Source: Podarcis liolepis (lineage: Eukaryota). From it: a stretch of 64,000 nt of DNA. The notes under the pieces were generated by a model. It ran no database searches. It was given only the letters and a program-made list of their open reading frames with translations, and had not been told where the DNA came from. Location of the stretch: the NCBI GenBank assembly GCA_965112155.1, contig OZ218099.1; one strand, 5' to 3'. The translations under genes and the position numbers were made by a program. Positions 10,999-23,675 of this stretch are shown piece by piece. Every line of letters starts with the position of its first letter. Positions within the stretch are counted from its first letter, which is position 1.

Positions 10999-12769
10999 TA
11001 CTTTCCAGCTCCGCAACGGAAATGCTTTTCAAAATGTCAAGGCTTCCCCTGGGGCAGCAATTCCATTTGTCATCAGCTCTACAGGAGAGCAACACTGGCA
11101 GTGCATAATGGACTGCAGCTGCAAGTTCATAATGTCGGCAGATTCCCACACCCTGTTGCTTTCCTTGCTTCCCAGCAAAAAAAAGAATGAGAGAAGGAAA
11201 GGAAAACATTAAATACCAGATTAAGATTTAGAAGACCAATCCTGGATGTAAATAACACTAAAGCCAAGTAAAGGGACTTCCTTTGGAGCCCCTGCTTTCT
11301 CAGCGCATATCACATGGCACTATTTGTTTCATTTACAATATGCCAGCCAATAACAATGTTTTATAGATAGCTTACAGTTGCAAATGGGAAAAAAGCTGTT
11401 GCAGCACCCTGGAACTATTCTCCCGGAGGTGTACTGCTCATATCAGAAGGAGATATACCGTATGTAAAAAATACTCCAGGGACATCACTCATTGCTCCTG
11501 GTCATTCTGACCCCATTGGCAAGAACGTTCTGCATGAGGGAATGTTGTCCCTCAGATTAAAAAAGACCCTGCAGCTCTAGACTGGAGTAGAACTGGGCAG
11601 AATATCAAGGTTCGAATCCTCCTTCACCCATGAAACTCACAGAGTCTTGGTTTGCTGTGTGTTTTCAAGGCAGTGGGGGAGCGGGGTAGGGGGAGAGAAA
11701 TTTAAGGGCCTTGAGGGGAAAGGTTTGTGTAAATATAATAAATAGAAACTATGCCTTGCAAGATCTGTCCATCAATTCAAATGCTAGTCACTTCACATCA
11801 GCGCTTGCTAAGCAAGCAGATAGTGGGACACTGAACTTCTTCTTGAATGCTCATTCTAAGGTGAAGTTTCCAGACAGTTCAAATTTTACCTCTTGGTGGA
11901 AGCCATAGTGGATGAGGCAACATCCACAGTACTGTATGTATTACTGTACTCTGCTCTTAACTATGGCTGGGCGATATATCAGTGTATCATCCAAAACTAG
12001 TTTCAAGTCCATATCATAACTGACTGGATCAATTTACAGTGTAGCAGGCTAAAAATAGAAACCCGGAGTGGGGCGGGGAGTCCTATGTAAGAATTCCCAG
12101 GACTTAATGACATTTTATTTTCAGATTCTCATTCTAGTGTATCTTGGCATAGGAAACTAGCCTCTTAAACCACAGGACAAGCTTTAATTTAAGAAAAGGT
12201 CTGAAATATCTCTCCTATACCCTTTAAAAGGTGGCTCCTTGGGGGGGGGGCTATTGAATTATTTTTATTTTTAATGTTATATATTGTGATTTTTAAATGT
12301 AATGAAATGAAAATTACTGTTTGCTCTGCACTATGCTTTACAGAACAACATGAATCAAACAGGCAGTCTAAATCATGGGTCACCAACATGGAACCCATGT
12401 GCCCAAAGAGGCCTGTCCTTTCTTATCCCTATGCTGAAGTTTGACTCAATGCAACACTACAACAGAATAGGCTGCACTGTGTGCTTGGTTGTGAGGTGGG
12501 TGTAATGACCACAGTTTGCAGAGGTACCCATGGGCCTAATTTTGTTTTGGCATCTCTTGATCTAAACCAATTGCTGCCTTTATACAACTTTCTTTAATGT
12601 TCTCAATGGAAAGCATTTCAGCGTGGAATCATCACTCTTCCAGTTCCACCACCATCCTTCCTTCTTGAAATGATTTCCCTCTCTCTTGTTGCCCCTGATG
12701 TTTGGAAGGACCTCCCAGCATACCTGCATGATGCCTCCTCTCCCATTCACTCATTCATTCATTCAACCT

Positions 12770-12965
12770 GGACAGCTCTAAAAGGTGATTAGACCAATAC
12801 ATGGATAAGACTACCAGTGACCACTAGCCATGATGGCTATGACCTACCTCCAGTATTAGAGGCGGCATGTCTCTGAATACCAGATGCTGAGGAGCACAAG
12901 TGGAAAGATCACCACTTGTTATCGGCGCCTGGTTGACCACTATGAGAACAGGTTGCTGGGCTGAC
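12770..12965 (+). mobile_element. Degraded CR1-type 3' fragment
   Basis: AAAAGGTGATTAGACCAATACATGG..ACTAGCCATGATGGCTAT..GAGAACAGGTTGCTGGGCT; related pieces at ~13670-13780 (minus) and ~63550-63730. Confidence 0.55.
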
Positions 12966-15900
12966 TATCCGTGGATGTGCCTTTTTAGGAAAAGGAGTCA
13001 ATCCACTCAGAAGATGGGGTTAAACCTCTTTTGACAATAAGACCACACCGTCCACATAACAATACTTTCCATTCCATTTCAGAACTTCAGGTGGGGAAAC
13101 TACATTGTTATAACCTTATTTAACTAGAAAGGAATTGAGCAAGTTTCTTTGCTTTCTCCGTTCCAACACTCTTAACGCTGGAATCAGTCAATTGTTTCTG
13201 CAGCTTAAAAGTCAACTTCATGCTAAGAAGAAGAGACTGCAGATGCCCTTCAGAGTTCTTGCACTACCAGTGCCTTCTGCAGAGCTTTGCAAGCTGCTAA
13301 GCTCCAAGTTAATCATTAGAAGAAGACCTACTATAAACCTAGCGTTTATGGAAAGTTTAGTTTATGATGGGGGATGGGAAGAAGGGGTTGCAATAAAGAT
13401 TTATTACGACAATGAATGACTTGCTCTAACCTTGACACCGTTTACCCAAGGAGAGGCTGGTTTAATTGCCCAGATTGCCTTTGATTGGGTGAGAGTTGGG
13501 GAACCCAGGAACATACTGAATTCAGATGGAACAGGAAATAGGAAAACTATTGGTTTGTGCCAAGATAACTAATTAACAGGTAAGTTACTGGTTGGCTCTG
13601 AAAAAGATCACAGGCAAACTGCTGAATCCTGCCCTTTTACAACACAGTCCAGTGAGGCCATAGTGCAGTAGGAATGTAAGAACGTAAGAAGAGCTCCGCT
13701 GGATCAGGCCAAAGGCCCATCTAGTTCAGCATCCTGTTTGCACAGTGGGTAGCCAGATGGATAAGGGAAGCCTGCAAAGCGGTGTGGACCAAGGAGCTGC
13801 TCAAACTGTTGCATTCCTCAGTTCTGTTGTGCACAGGAAAAATGATGGCATGGAGACAGGTTTGCGTAAGCTGCCTTTTCAGTTTTCAATGAGGGGGAAA
13901 TGAAGCCACGGGCATAGAAATGTCTGACCATCCCCATGTGTTCAGTTTGGGTCTCCCTTGTCTTTCACCACATGAACCAATCCATCCTTGTGCATCATGC
14001 ACATAATGTGACAGTACAGTGAGAATTACAGATGTATCCTGGAAAATGCTATGCCACGCCATGCCACCATATCAAAGTTTTCTTTTCATGAACATCCCCA
14101 ACCTCAGTGCAAGAAAGGGAAGTCCTACATTTTACTAACAATGGGCAAATTGTTCTCACATCACTAATTCATTTCAGGTCACCATTGTGACCTAAGATGT
14201 GAAGAGTCCCACGTGCTGTTTCCTTCTTACGCAACACAAACAAGTGTTGTGTGAGACTGCTCTTATAAATAGGCTGGGCCAGGAGGCGGAAGGTCAGGGA
14301 CCACCAGCCTCCGTTGCTGGACCCCTGTGGTTCCTTAATGCAAAGGCACTTTTCACATGCAAATGATAACAGGATCATAAACAGGCTGTAATGGTAGGCA
14401 TGCTTACTTCATGGTTAACTCCATCAAATAAATAGGACTTATTTCAAAGAAAACGTGTTCAGGGTGGCAGTGTGAATATGAAATGTACCGTTACTGATCT
14501 TTTAGAAATCTAACTTGTGGGACAAAACTCCACCTCTCCCAGATTACATGTTGCTCCCCACACCCCATCCTCAATTATATTTTCCTGCAGATTCCACTGG
14601 TCCCATGCAAAGGCACATGGCTAAGGCTATGTACACATTATTGGCTTAAAACGCAGCAAGGTTGTCGTCCCTCCCTGCCCTTGAAGTCACACACTTGCAT
14701 GTTGCTGTACACACCAGACAGAGGTGGGATGTCTTCATTTCCTATTAGCGTCCCTCGCCACTGCAACTCCCAGAACTCCGATGCACGAAGCAGTCATCTG
14801 CACATGTACAATGGTTGACTCAAATGTACGCCCTTCAGCTTAATGGTGAAGTGACTGTGGCTTATGTTTCAAATCAGATGGAAGCTGGTTTATGGGGAAA
14901 TGCATCAAATAGCAGTATTTTTGAGGGAAATTCAGGAGATATATGGACTGTAACTAATGCCCTTCAAATACCAGTAGTGGGAGTGCACTGGAGCCAGAGT
15001 AAACAGAATGTCAGATGTATGGACCAGACCCTAGTGTGTGTGTGTCCCCGTCCCGCAAGAGTTGGTTCACATGCAGAACCAAATCACAAAGCAGTGTGAC
15101 AAGCCTTCCGGACAGGTGTTTTGAAAAAATCCCTATTCTGAGGGACGGGAGTTCTTCCTCATCAAATGGCAATTTGGGGATGAGGATGAGCATGGGGTAG
15201 GGGAAGGTGAGTTAAGACTGAGGTGAAAAATCTGTTGCCTTAGTACAGTAAGGGAGTTTTCCTCAGAAGCTGAATTCTCATGGGAATAAATCCAAGCTGT
15301 CCTGACTTGATCTAACACTTCCTCTTGCTCCTAGAAAAGATGTTCATAAAACATTTACAGAGCTTGGCGCCTATGTCAAATAAATTCATCCAAACATCTT
15401 ATGTCACTGCTATGCTGCGGAGAGAGGGTGGAGAAGCAACAGTGCACACTCCCGTGCTCTGTTTATGGTTGCTGTTACCTGACTGTGACTAGGGTAATTG
15501 TTCCATGGAGGGTGGGGAACCCCACGTCATCAACAGATACACACAGCAGTAGAGCAGTAGAGCAACCCTCTTCAACGGGAAGGAGGGCTACACAGAGGGC
15601 TAGTACAAACGCAAAGAGTCATCATTTACATGGGGAAAGTCATTTGGCAAAAAGGCAAGAAGAGAGAACAGAGCATCACATCCAATGTACATATGTAAGT
15701 TAATGGGACTTCCTTCATGTTCAGGTCTGTGCAGATTGTACAGTCAGTCCAGCACACCCAGGTTGGGTAAAAGAGGTCACATTGACCACCCTGCCGCAGA
15801 AAGTATGGCCACCTTTGTCTATGAATAACTAAAACATGTGTGACCAAAGGTCTTCTAAGACTCCAGCTCCAGCCTAGTGCCAGGACTATCAACACAGAAG

Positions 15901-16911
15901 GTTCATAGTACCAGAACTTAACCTATTCAACCAAGCTTGCTGTATGTCACAAGCAGAAAACAGGAATGTTGCACAAATATATCTATATGTAAATATAACT
16001 CAGATTAAGCAATATGTGGTACAAATGTCATAACCAGTCCAATCCTCCTCAACCTGCATGGAGCCCAGAAGGCTTGTGGGAAACACAGATTAAGTACAGA
16101 AGACAGGTACAAGATGCAGGGCCTTTTCTGTTGTGGCCCCCAAGTTATAGAACTTTCTCCACAACTGCATGTAAAAAAACCATTTATTTCAGACTACTTT
16201 TTTTCTTTAATGAGGTCTCTTAATGCTGGAGTTTTTAAATTAATCTTTTAGTATTACTAATTTATTGGATTCTATGCTGCTCAGTTGATTCATCCATCCC
16301 ACCAAATCTTGCATTTACCAGTGCCATTCATTAATAAGGCAAAAAGAAATGTAAGGTCACTATTAGAATGCAGGGAAGCAACGTAGGTTTCTTGACAATG
16401 TTTTTAAGGGACTGACTAGCTAGCAACCAAACAAAGAAAACTCTTCTGGGAACTATTGCTGTAAATTAAAAAGAAGCAATTTATTATTTCTGTCAGCAAT
16501 GGGCCTCAGCACTGTTTTGGTTAGGATGGATTTTACTGTAGTGTTTACAGCAGAATGATGTACATGTTTGTTTGAATTACAGTATTTTGCTAGATTATAA
16601 TAATTGTGTTCATTTATAATATATAGTTTATAGGGAATAGCTACTTCATTTTGAAGGAGGTAAAGCCATGGTGGGGTTGTTTAAAAATCAGCAAAATAGC
16701 TTTGCTTGTATAGTCAAACTGATTTCCTTATCTATATTCCTCAGTGGGAAGCCAGCCTCAGAAATTCAAATTTCCATTCTAGTTTCAGTTGCATGTAGGC
16801 ATTCTGCTACCATTGATACTAGAACCCTCTAACAGCTCATGAAGATTACTAAGATTACAGTGAGTACCCAAGAAATCTGATGTGCAATATACTTTCCTAT
16901 ACATGTTCCAC

Positions 16912-17236
16912 GGGACGTGGGTGGCGCTGTGGTCTAAACCACTGAGCCTAGGGCTTGCTGATCAGAAGGTCGGTGGTTTGAATCCCAGCAACGGGTTGAG
17001 CTCCCATTACTTGGTCCCAGCTCCTGCCAGCCTGGCAGTTTGAAAGCACGTCAAAGTGCAAGTAGATAAATAGGTACTGTTCTGGCGGGAAGGTAAATGG
17101 TGTTTCTGTGCGCTGCTCTGGTTTCGCCAGAAGCAGCTTAGTCATGCTGGCTCCCTCGGCCAGTAAAACGAGATGAGCGCTGCAACCCCAGAGTTGCTCA
17201 CGACTGGACTTAACTGTCAGGGTTCCTTTACCTTTA
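16912..17236 (+). mobile_element. Sauria SINE (POM/Squam1 type), near full length
   Basis: GGGACGTGGGTGGCGCTGTGGTCTAAACCAC head, (ACCTTT)n tail, perfect 14-bp TSD tatacatgttccac (16898-16911 / 17237-17250). Confidence 0.92.
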
Positions 17237-17323
17237 TATACATGTTCCACTATTCAGGGATGCCAACCTTTTTGAGCTCTTGAGCACATTTTCAAACTGG
17301 AGGTCTTAAGTAATGCCCTACTG

Positions 17324-17460
17324 TAGGTGTGGGGAATCTTTGACTCTACAGATGTCGCTGAAATGTAACTCCCAATATCGCCACCCACTGGCCATGCTTT
17401 TTGGGGCTGGAAGTTGTGGTTCAACATCATCTGGAGGGCCAAATCTTCCCCCCACACCTG
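17324..17460. mobile_element. Short hAT MITE
   Basis: TIRs TAGGTGTGGGGAA / TTCCCCCACACCTG; perfect 8-bp TSD ccctactg; relatives at ~9535-9655, 48400-48515, 49845-49974. Confidence 0.85.
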
Positions 17461-20400
17461 CCCTACTGGATCATGCCAAAGGCTCATCTAGACTGCAGCC
17501 TTAGAGACTTCGTGGGGCATCATAAATTGTGAAGCTCACATAATATCCTTTGTATAAGTATTCATAAGCTGCTGACTGGCCATGGCAAGGTGTTAATGGG
17601 TTTTGTCTCCAGAGAGCTGGAATGAAGGCACTATTAGGATTTGTAGTAATAGTGGGGAAATGTGGGGGGGAAACTGCATATGATGTACACTGGGGTCACA
17701 GTACCAAAGTGAGCAAAGAGTGTATTTGTGGGAAGGTGGAAGGGAAGAAGACTGAAAACTAAAAGCAGGTTTTGATTGCAGCAAAATGAAAGTGGCAAAG
17801 AAAGAAATTAGTTGGTGGGCTTTGGGCAATGCCTTATTAAAGGAATTTTCACTGGCGGGGAACAAATTCCAAACAGTGTTTTTAACTATATAAAATGGCA
17901 CTTTAAAATCTTCATAAAAATACATATCACATAAACAAAACAAAGACTATAATAAATGTATTTTAACATTAAATGTGACTAAAAGAAATTTGGCACTTAC
18001 ATTTCAGAGTGATCTTCTCTGTTACTCCAGTTTGGAGCAGTTTTGTTCTTTGAGAACTTCTTGCTTCCGCTGTATCACCACAGTTTATGGGCAATATGCA
18101 CATCCCCAGGCCACCGCTTTCAATTATCGGATTTTTTTATTTTAAAAATCCTCACATCAAGCCTCATGCCTTGATAATAACTGAGTCCATTTTGATTGGC
18201 TGCCTCTTTTGTCAGATTTTGTCAAATCCTTCTGTAATTCAACTTCTTGTGAAGGGGGGGGGGAGTGATTAGCCAGTATTCTGTTTTTTTTGCACACACC
18301 TCACCTGAGACACAGGCTGCTGAGCTGCAGGCTGCCATTTAGGCCTTCCTGTCTCTCACACAGAGGAAGAGAGTGCAGGGAAGTGCTTGCTTGTACTCTG
18401 ATTGGCTCTCCAGTAAAATCTTCCTCTTGGCCTTTAGGGCTGCCTGTTTATTAAGATAGGGCAAGATATTTTGTTTGCAGGCCAGCGAGAAATTACATAC
18501 ATACAGGATCTCTCTACAATCATGTAGACTAGGGAAGGGATTCAAGGAATGCACGGGGTTCCCAAAGTAGATGAAAGCAAGTTAACTCTCTTCACAGTGA
18601 CCTCAAAAGTACTCTCTCATTTATTATGTATTTAGCAAGGCAGAGTGAGATTCTCTCCCTCCTCTCATTCCCTCTTAGCACTATGAACAATACAAAAGCC
18701 TGAGTATGGGGAATTTTCCCAGACTCTTTTCTGTCTGCTTCCAGTTCTAAGAAAATAAAATTATTGAAGTGGGCGTGTAAATACCTCCTCAAGTTTTCCT
18801 CACATTTAACATTCAAGCTTGCATCCCCCCCACCCGCCCCCCCAGGCAGCCCTGTCATGTCCATCAGCATTCACAGCTCCCAGCTGGGCCTTTAGAGAGG
18901 CTTTCAATGAACTTTCTTGTCATGTTCCTTGTCTGTTTGGGGAATCTGAAGAAGACATTTTGGAGGGGTCAGAGCAAAAAGAGCACCGGAAGGGGAGAGT
19001 TGGAGTTTCCTGAGAAGGGACACAGCATTGGCCAGAGGAGCCCATGTCTTCATGCTGAATAAAGAAACTTGGTGAACACAAAAATGCACGTGAGGAGAAT
19101 TCCTTCACTTTTTTAGATGTTCTATTAAAAAAATTAGCAATCCAATCCCAAATGTATTTATTTGAAATGCAGCAACAGGCTGTATACATACAGTTAAGGC
19201 TGCAGGGCTGGGGAAGCTGGGGGCCAAAATATCCCTTTCTATTCAATGTGTTCTATTATGTGCAGAAAGGACTCTTTCCATTCAGGCAAATATGCTCTCT
19301 CCCAAGATACAGTCACTCACCCAACGCAATATTAGGGTTCATATACACAGTTTAAAACTCTCCCATATACACACACGGTGTAGGAACAGTTAATGTATTA
19401 AATTTTATTTACACTCTTTGAATCCTCGAGTGTAATTGCCCATCTCATTAAAAAAAACCTACCCCCATCTCCCTACATGATTATGGCCTTTCTCCTTTGA
19501 TGCTAGCTTTCCACAGACAGGAATTTTAGGAGGGGGAACTCCACCATACAAAACAAAATAATCCCAAGAAACCTGTGCTGTGCCTCATGGTCCACCCAGA
19601 GTTCCTATTACTACAACTGCTCCTCACAGTGAGCTGCTGACATCTTGTGGGCAGAGATAGTGTTGCACACTTAACCTGCTACAGGTCAAACTTAAATCCT
19701 TTAAAAGTGAAGGTGAGCAAGGACAGGTTGAAAAGTCTCTTCTTCACTCTTTCCTTCACAAAGCTGCTTCTTCTCAGCCGTCTTGGTTTTAGTCTGGGAG
19801 TTACTTAGAAATTAAGTAACTCTCCTATTTTATTTTAGTTTTTCAGGCACATATATTCTTAGATGCAGTTGGGTTGCTTTTCCTCATTCTTGTATGACTC
19901 AGAGAGCCTTGATTTACACAATATTCATTTAATTTCATCTAGATTTAATTTCTAACCAGATATCCGAATAAAAACATCATTGTCATTTAGCACCTCCTAG
20001 TGATAGAATTTATTGATGTAAATAATATAGAGGCTAATTTTAATCCTGATTTCTAAATATTCCATATATTCCATAGCTGCATAATATTTTAACAAGGAGT
20101 TCTATAAGCATAGTGAACTGCAGTAGATATGGGAAGAGGATATAGGAACTATATAAAGATAGGGGTATCCTTATCTAAAACCGCTCTAAAAACAAAAACC
20201 ACTCATGAAATTATTTCATCCATGTTACAATCTTGTTCCTTGACAATTATGCAGTAACATCATCCAATTAATGGAGGTTTTCTGTTAAATATATTTCCAC
20301 CTGACTGCTTCTAAGACCTTCCTGTTCACCTTACAAAATGCCTTTTGGACATTTAGGCAGTACATGTTTCTGAAGGCTTAACTAGGTCCTTATCCAGAGA

Positions 20401-20587
20401 TTCATGCTTGTAACAGTGGGCTGTACATGCACTGCTATGCTCACATATCTGATGGATGATGTGAACTCTGCCCAACAGGTCAGGGGGGAACAGATTCAGC
20501 AGTCATCATGAGCGGTGGTTAAACTACCTTTCATGCAATTGAATGGTAATTATAACTACTTTATGAAAAGTAGTTAAAAATGACATA

Positions 20588-20840
20588 CAGTCGTACCTTG
20601 GAAGTCGAACGGAATCCGTTCTGGAAGTCCGTTCAACTTCCAAAACATTCAGAAACCAAAGCGTAGCTTATTCTGATTGGATGCCAGAAGCTCCTGCAGC
20701 CAATCAGAAGCAGCAGAAGCCCCGTCAGACATTCGGGTTCCAAAGAATGTTCGAAAAATGGAACACTCACTTCCAGGTTTGCAGTGTCCAGGAGCCAAAA
20801 CGTCCAAGTACCAAGGCGTTTGGGATCCAATGTACGACTG
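20588..20840. mobile_element. Tc1/mariner (Tigger-like) MITE
   Basis: TIRs CAGTCGTACCTTGG / CCAATGTACGACTG; TA TSD on both sides. Confidence 0.85.
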
Positions 20841-21086
20841 TATTTTAAAACTATTTTTGTTTGTCACTACTGGGGGGGGGGGGCGGACCTGTTATATAAA
20901 CAACTGATCATTTACTATCATAATGAAAATTTTGTATAAATCTCAAGGGCCCTTCCAGGCTGGTGTTTTTGGCAGGTGTACCCTGCAACCTGTCACTGAC
21001 ACAACATCAGCAGCAATTTTTTATTGAACCATCCTCACATCATTTCACTTTGCTAGTTGCTCTGCAATGTGAACAACACTGCATTA

Positions 21087-21315
21087 CAGTCATACCTCGG
21101 GTTACAGACGCTTCAGGTTGCGTTTTTTTGGGTTACGGACCGCCGAAACCCAGAAGTACCAGAACGGGTTGCTTCCGGGTTTCGGCAGTCATGCATGCGC
21201 AGAAGCGCCGAATTGCAACCCGCGCGTGCGCAGACGCGCCACTGCGGGTTGCGGATGCTGGGGGTTGCAAATGTGCATCCCACACGGATCACGTTCGCAA
21301 CCCGAGCGTCCACTG
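21087..21315. mobile_element. Tc1/mariner (Tigger-like) MITE, CpG-rich
   Basis: Imperfect TIRs CAGTCATACCTCGGGTT / AACCCGAGCGTCCACTG; TA TSD. Confidence 0.8.
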
Positions 21316-22678
21316 TATTGCCCTTTGGAGAGACACTCTTGCATTATGGCACAATGAATACAAAAAGCCCTCAAACATTTGTGGTATAAATGTTACAGTA
21401 TTTTTCCAGGAAACTACAGGACACACAGTGACAGGAAACAAAGCAAGATGTTTGTCTTGAAATGGTTGTAGGGGCAAAGATGATAGAAAACGGTTTTGAG
21501 TATAACTGCGCCAACACCAATGAATGAATGCACAGTAAACAAGATGTCTGGATGGGCCCAAGAGAATATGAAAGGAAACACTAAGAAGAATGCAGGCATG
21601 CCTGCAATTACCAGCAGATGGTGTGGCAACCCTTCTATACTTCCTACACAGTTAGCCGCTAGAGCCTTGCTCAGTTTTCAGCATTTCTAAAGGCTATGGT
21701 ATTGATTATGCTGGCACAGGGATGGGAAACCTGTTCCCCTCCATAGGTTGCTGCTTACGGGCTGTGGTGGCTATTGCCCATTGAGACTGGTACCGCAGAA
21801 GGCAGGGAGACCCACAGGAGGCAGAGCCAAGGATAGGCCATTCTAATTTTGTCTCCATCCTCCTTTCTCAGATCTGCAAGGGACAACACTGAGGCTAAGG
21901 AAGAGGCTGATGAGGCAGTGTCACCCCTTGGAATGAATGTAAGTAAGAAGTCAGGTAGGGCCCCATTCACACTACTGGACCAGCCTCCATTGCTCCCTTT
22001 TCTTAAAGGATCCCTATCAGATTCCTGTGAGTAGGGATTTCAGTGTGGAATGAAGAAAGACATGGCCAGCAGGTCAGCCTTGATCAAATAGTGCTGATGA
22101 ATATTGCATTTTAGATTTTTGTTTTAATGTTGTGGCTTTTAGATTTTGTTAGACACCCCGTGCTCTGTGTGAGAAAGGGGAAGATGTAAGACAGTAGTCG
22201 TAGCAGCAGCGGCAGCAGCAGAGGTGGTGTAGTATTGCTGTTATTTTTATTATTCCCTCAGAAGTGAGAGAGGGCAAGCTAGATCTCTGTGTGAAAAGAA
22301 AACAAGGGTCAGAATTTTAGTGGACACCCAACTTGTGTATATTTTAAAGTCATAAGCCTCCAAGGGACCTCCTTACAATAAACCTCCAGAGGTTTCTAAA
22401 CCACCACCCCTCTTTCCATCCAAGTATATCAAGAAGCATAATCACAATTGAAGGAAACATCCCAACCAGGAAAAAGCACCTGAGGAGTAGAAGACAGGCC
22501 CTAAGTCACCAAAGAGGAAGAGAACTTTCAGTCCTCCTTTCTGCTCTGTCCCTGAGTGTTGTATTCCAGATATGATACCCCTTAAAGACAGAAGCATCAC
22601 AATGAAATAGAAAGTAAAATAGAGTCGGAGTCATTTAGTGACAATCAGCATTTTCCATACTCAAGAGTTTGTAGCTAT

Positions 22679-22751
22679 TTTATTGCACTTGAAACACCAA
22701 GAATAAAACTGACAATCCCCATCTCCCCCACCCCAAAAATATAGCATAAAA
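22679..22751 (-). promoter_or_regulatory. Polyadenylation hexamer plus two CPE-like elements flanking a G-rich tract
   Basis: Minus strand: TTTTAT (22746-22751), GGGGTGGGGGAGATGGGG (22717-22734), TTTTATT (22702-22708), AATAAA (22679-22684). Confidence 0.72.
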
Positions 22752-23490
22752 TTTTAGCAGTGATCATTTTGTTCACAGCCACAGCTTCAAAAAACTGGAA
22801 CAATGAATCCAACACAGTCACACCGCTTTACAGGTCTGATTCACTTACAAAAGATACTGAAGGATTTTGGAATATTCCAGTCACATCAAGTTAACAAACA
22901 TGAGAGGGGCGCTCCCTGACTGTTTTGTTTGATTACATTACAAAGCTGCTTTTTTCCCCTTCCCTTCTTTTTTGTGATTTTTTTTTTTTTTGCATTCATG
23001 TGAAATAAATATTTCCATAGAGATTTCATATATTTATATGCATATATATTTATATCTTTATATATATCTTCTTATATACATTTATACTTTCTTCTCAAAC
23101 CACTTTTCCAGCTTCTCCCCCCAAATGTTACAAAAGCCAAAAAATTGTGCAACAGTAGAAAAAAACCCAAAAATACCAAACTTTGCCTTCTCGCGGATTT
23201 TCCCTTACCAAAAAGGGGCAGGGAGCAGGACAAAAAGTGGCTGATTTGCAGCCATGCAAGAACTAAGGAGGAGGAAGGGAAGCCATCTTAACAAAAAGGA
23301 GAACATGTGGCATAACTGAAGGAGAAAAGACAACTGGTATTCTCAGTTAGGTAGGAAGCAAAGTCTGAACATATAAGGCTTTGCTCATCTATCTGGAGTA
23401 TATTTGAATATATTTATTTTTTCGTTCCACCAGCACATTGGCAGCTGTAATGTACAGTGGAAAGGGTTTCCTAGGAATCATTCTGTCACA

Positions 23491-23675
23491 CATAGGAACC
23501 TAGGAAGCTGCCTCTTACTGAGTCAGATCCTTGCTCCATCTAACTTCACTTATACTGACTGCCAGCTGCTCTCCAGGGTTCCAGGCAGGAACCATTCCAA
23601 GCCCTACCTGGAAATCAAACCTGAGAACTCCTGCAGGCAAAGCAGATGCTCTGCTACTAAGCCGTGGTCCTTCCC
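23491..23675 (-). mobile_element. tRNA-derived squamate SINE (Squam3-like) inside the CAMK2A 3' UTR
   Basis: Minus strand GGGAAGGACCACGGCTTAGTAGCAGAGCATCTGCTTTG head and GGCAGCTTCCTAGGTTCCTATG tail; another copy at 35531-35668. Confidence 0.7.

Noticed and set aside
10746-11212. ORFs with CVCV/HTHT runs
   Set aside because: Translations of the (GT)n and (AC)n microsatellites
14227-14290. C/EBP-like TTACGCAA, MEF2/TATA-like TTATAAATAG and a GC-rich motif
   Set aside because: Isolated short motifs with no downstream exon structure identified
20963-21460. Cluster of overlapping ORFs up to 165 aa
   Set aside because: Produced by the GC-rich Tigger-like MITE at 21087-21315; no transposase motif
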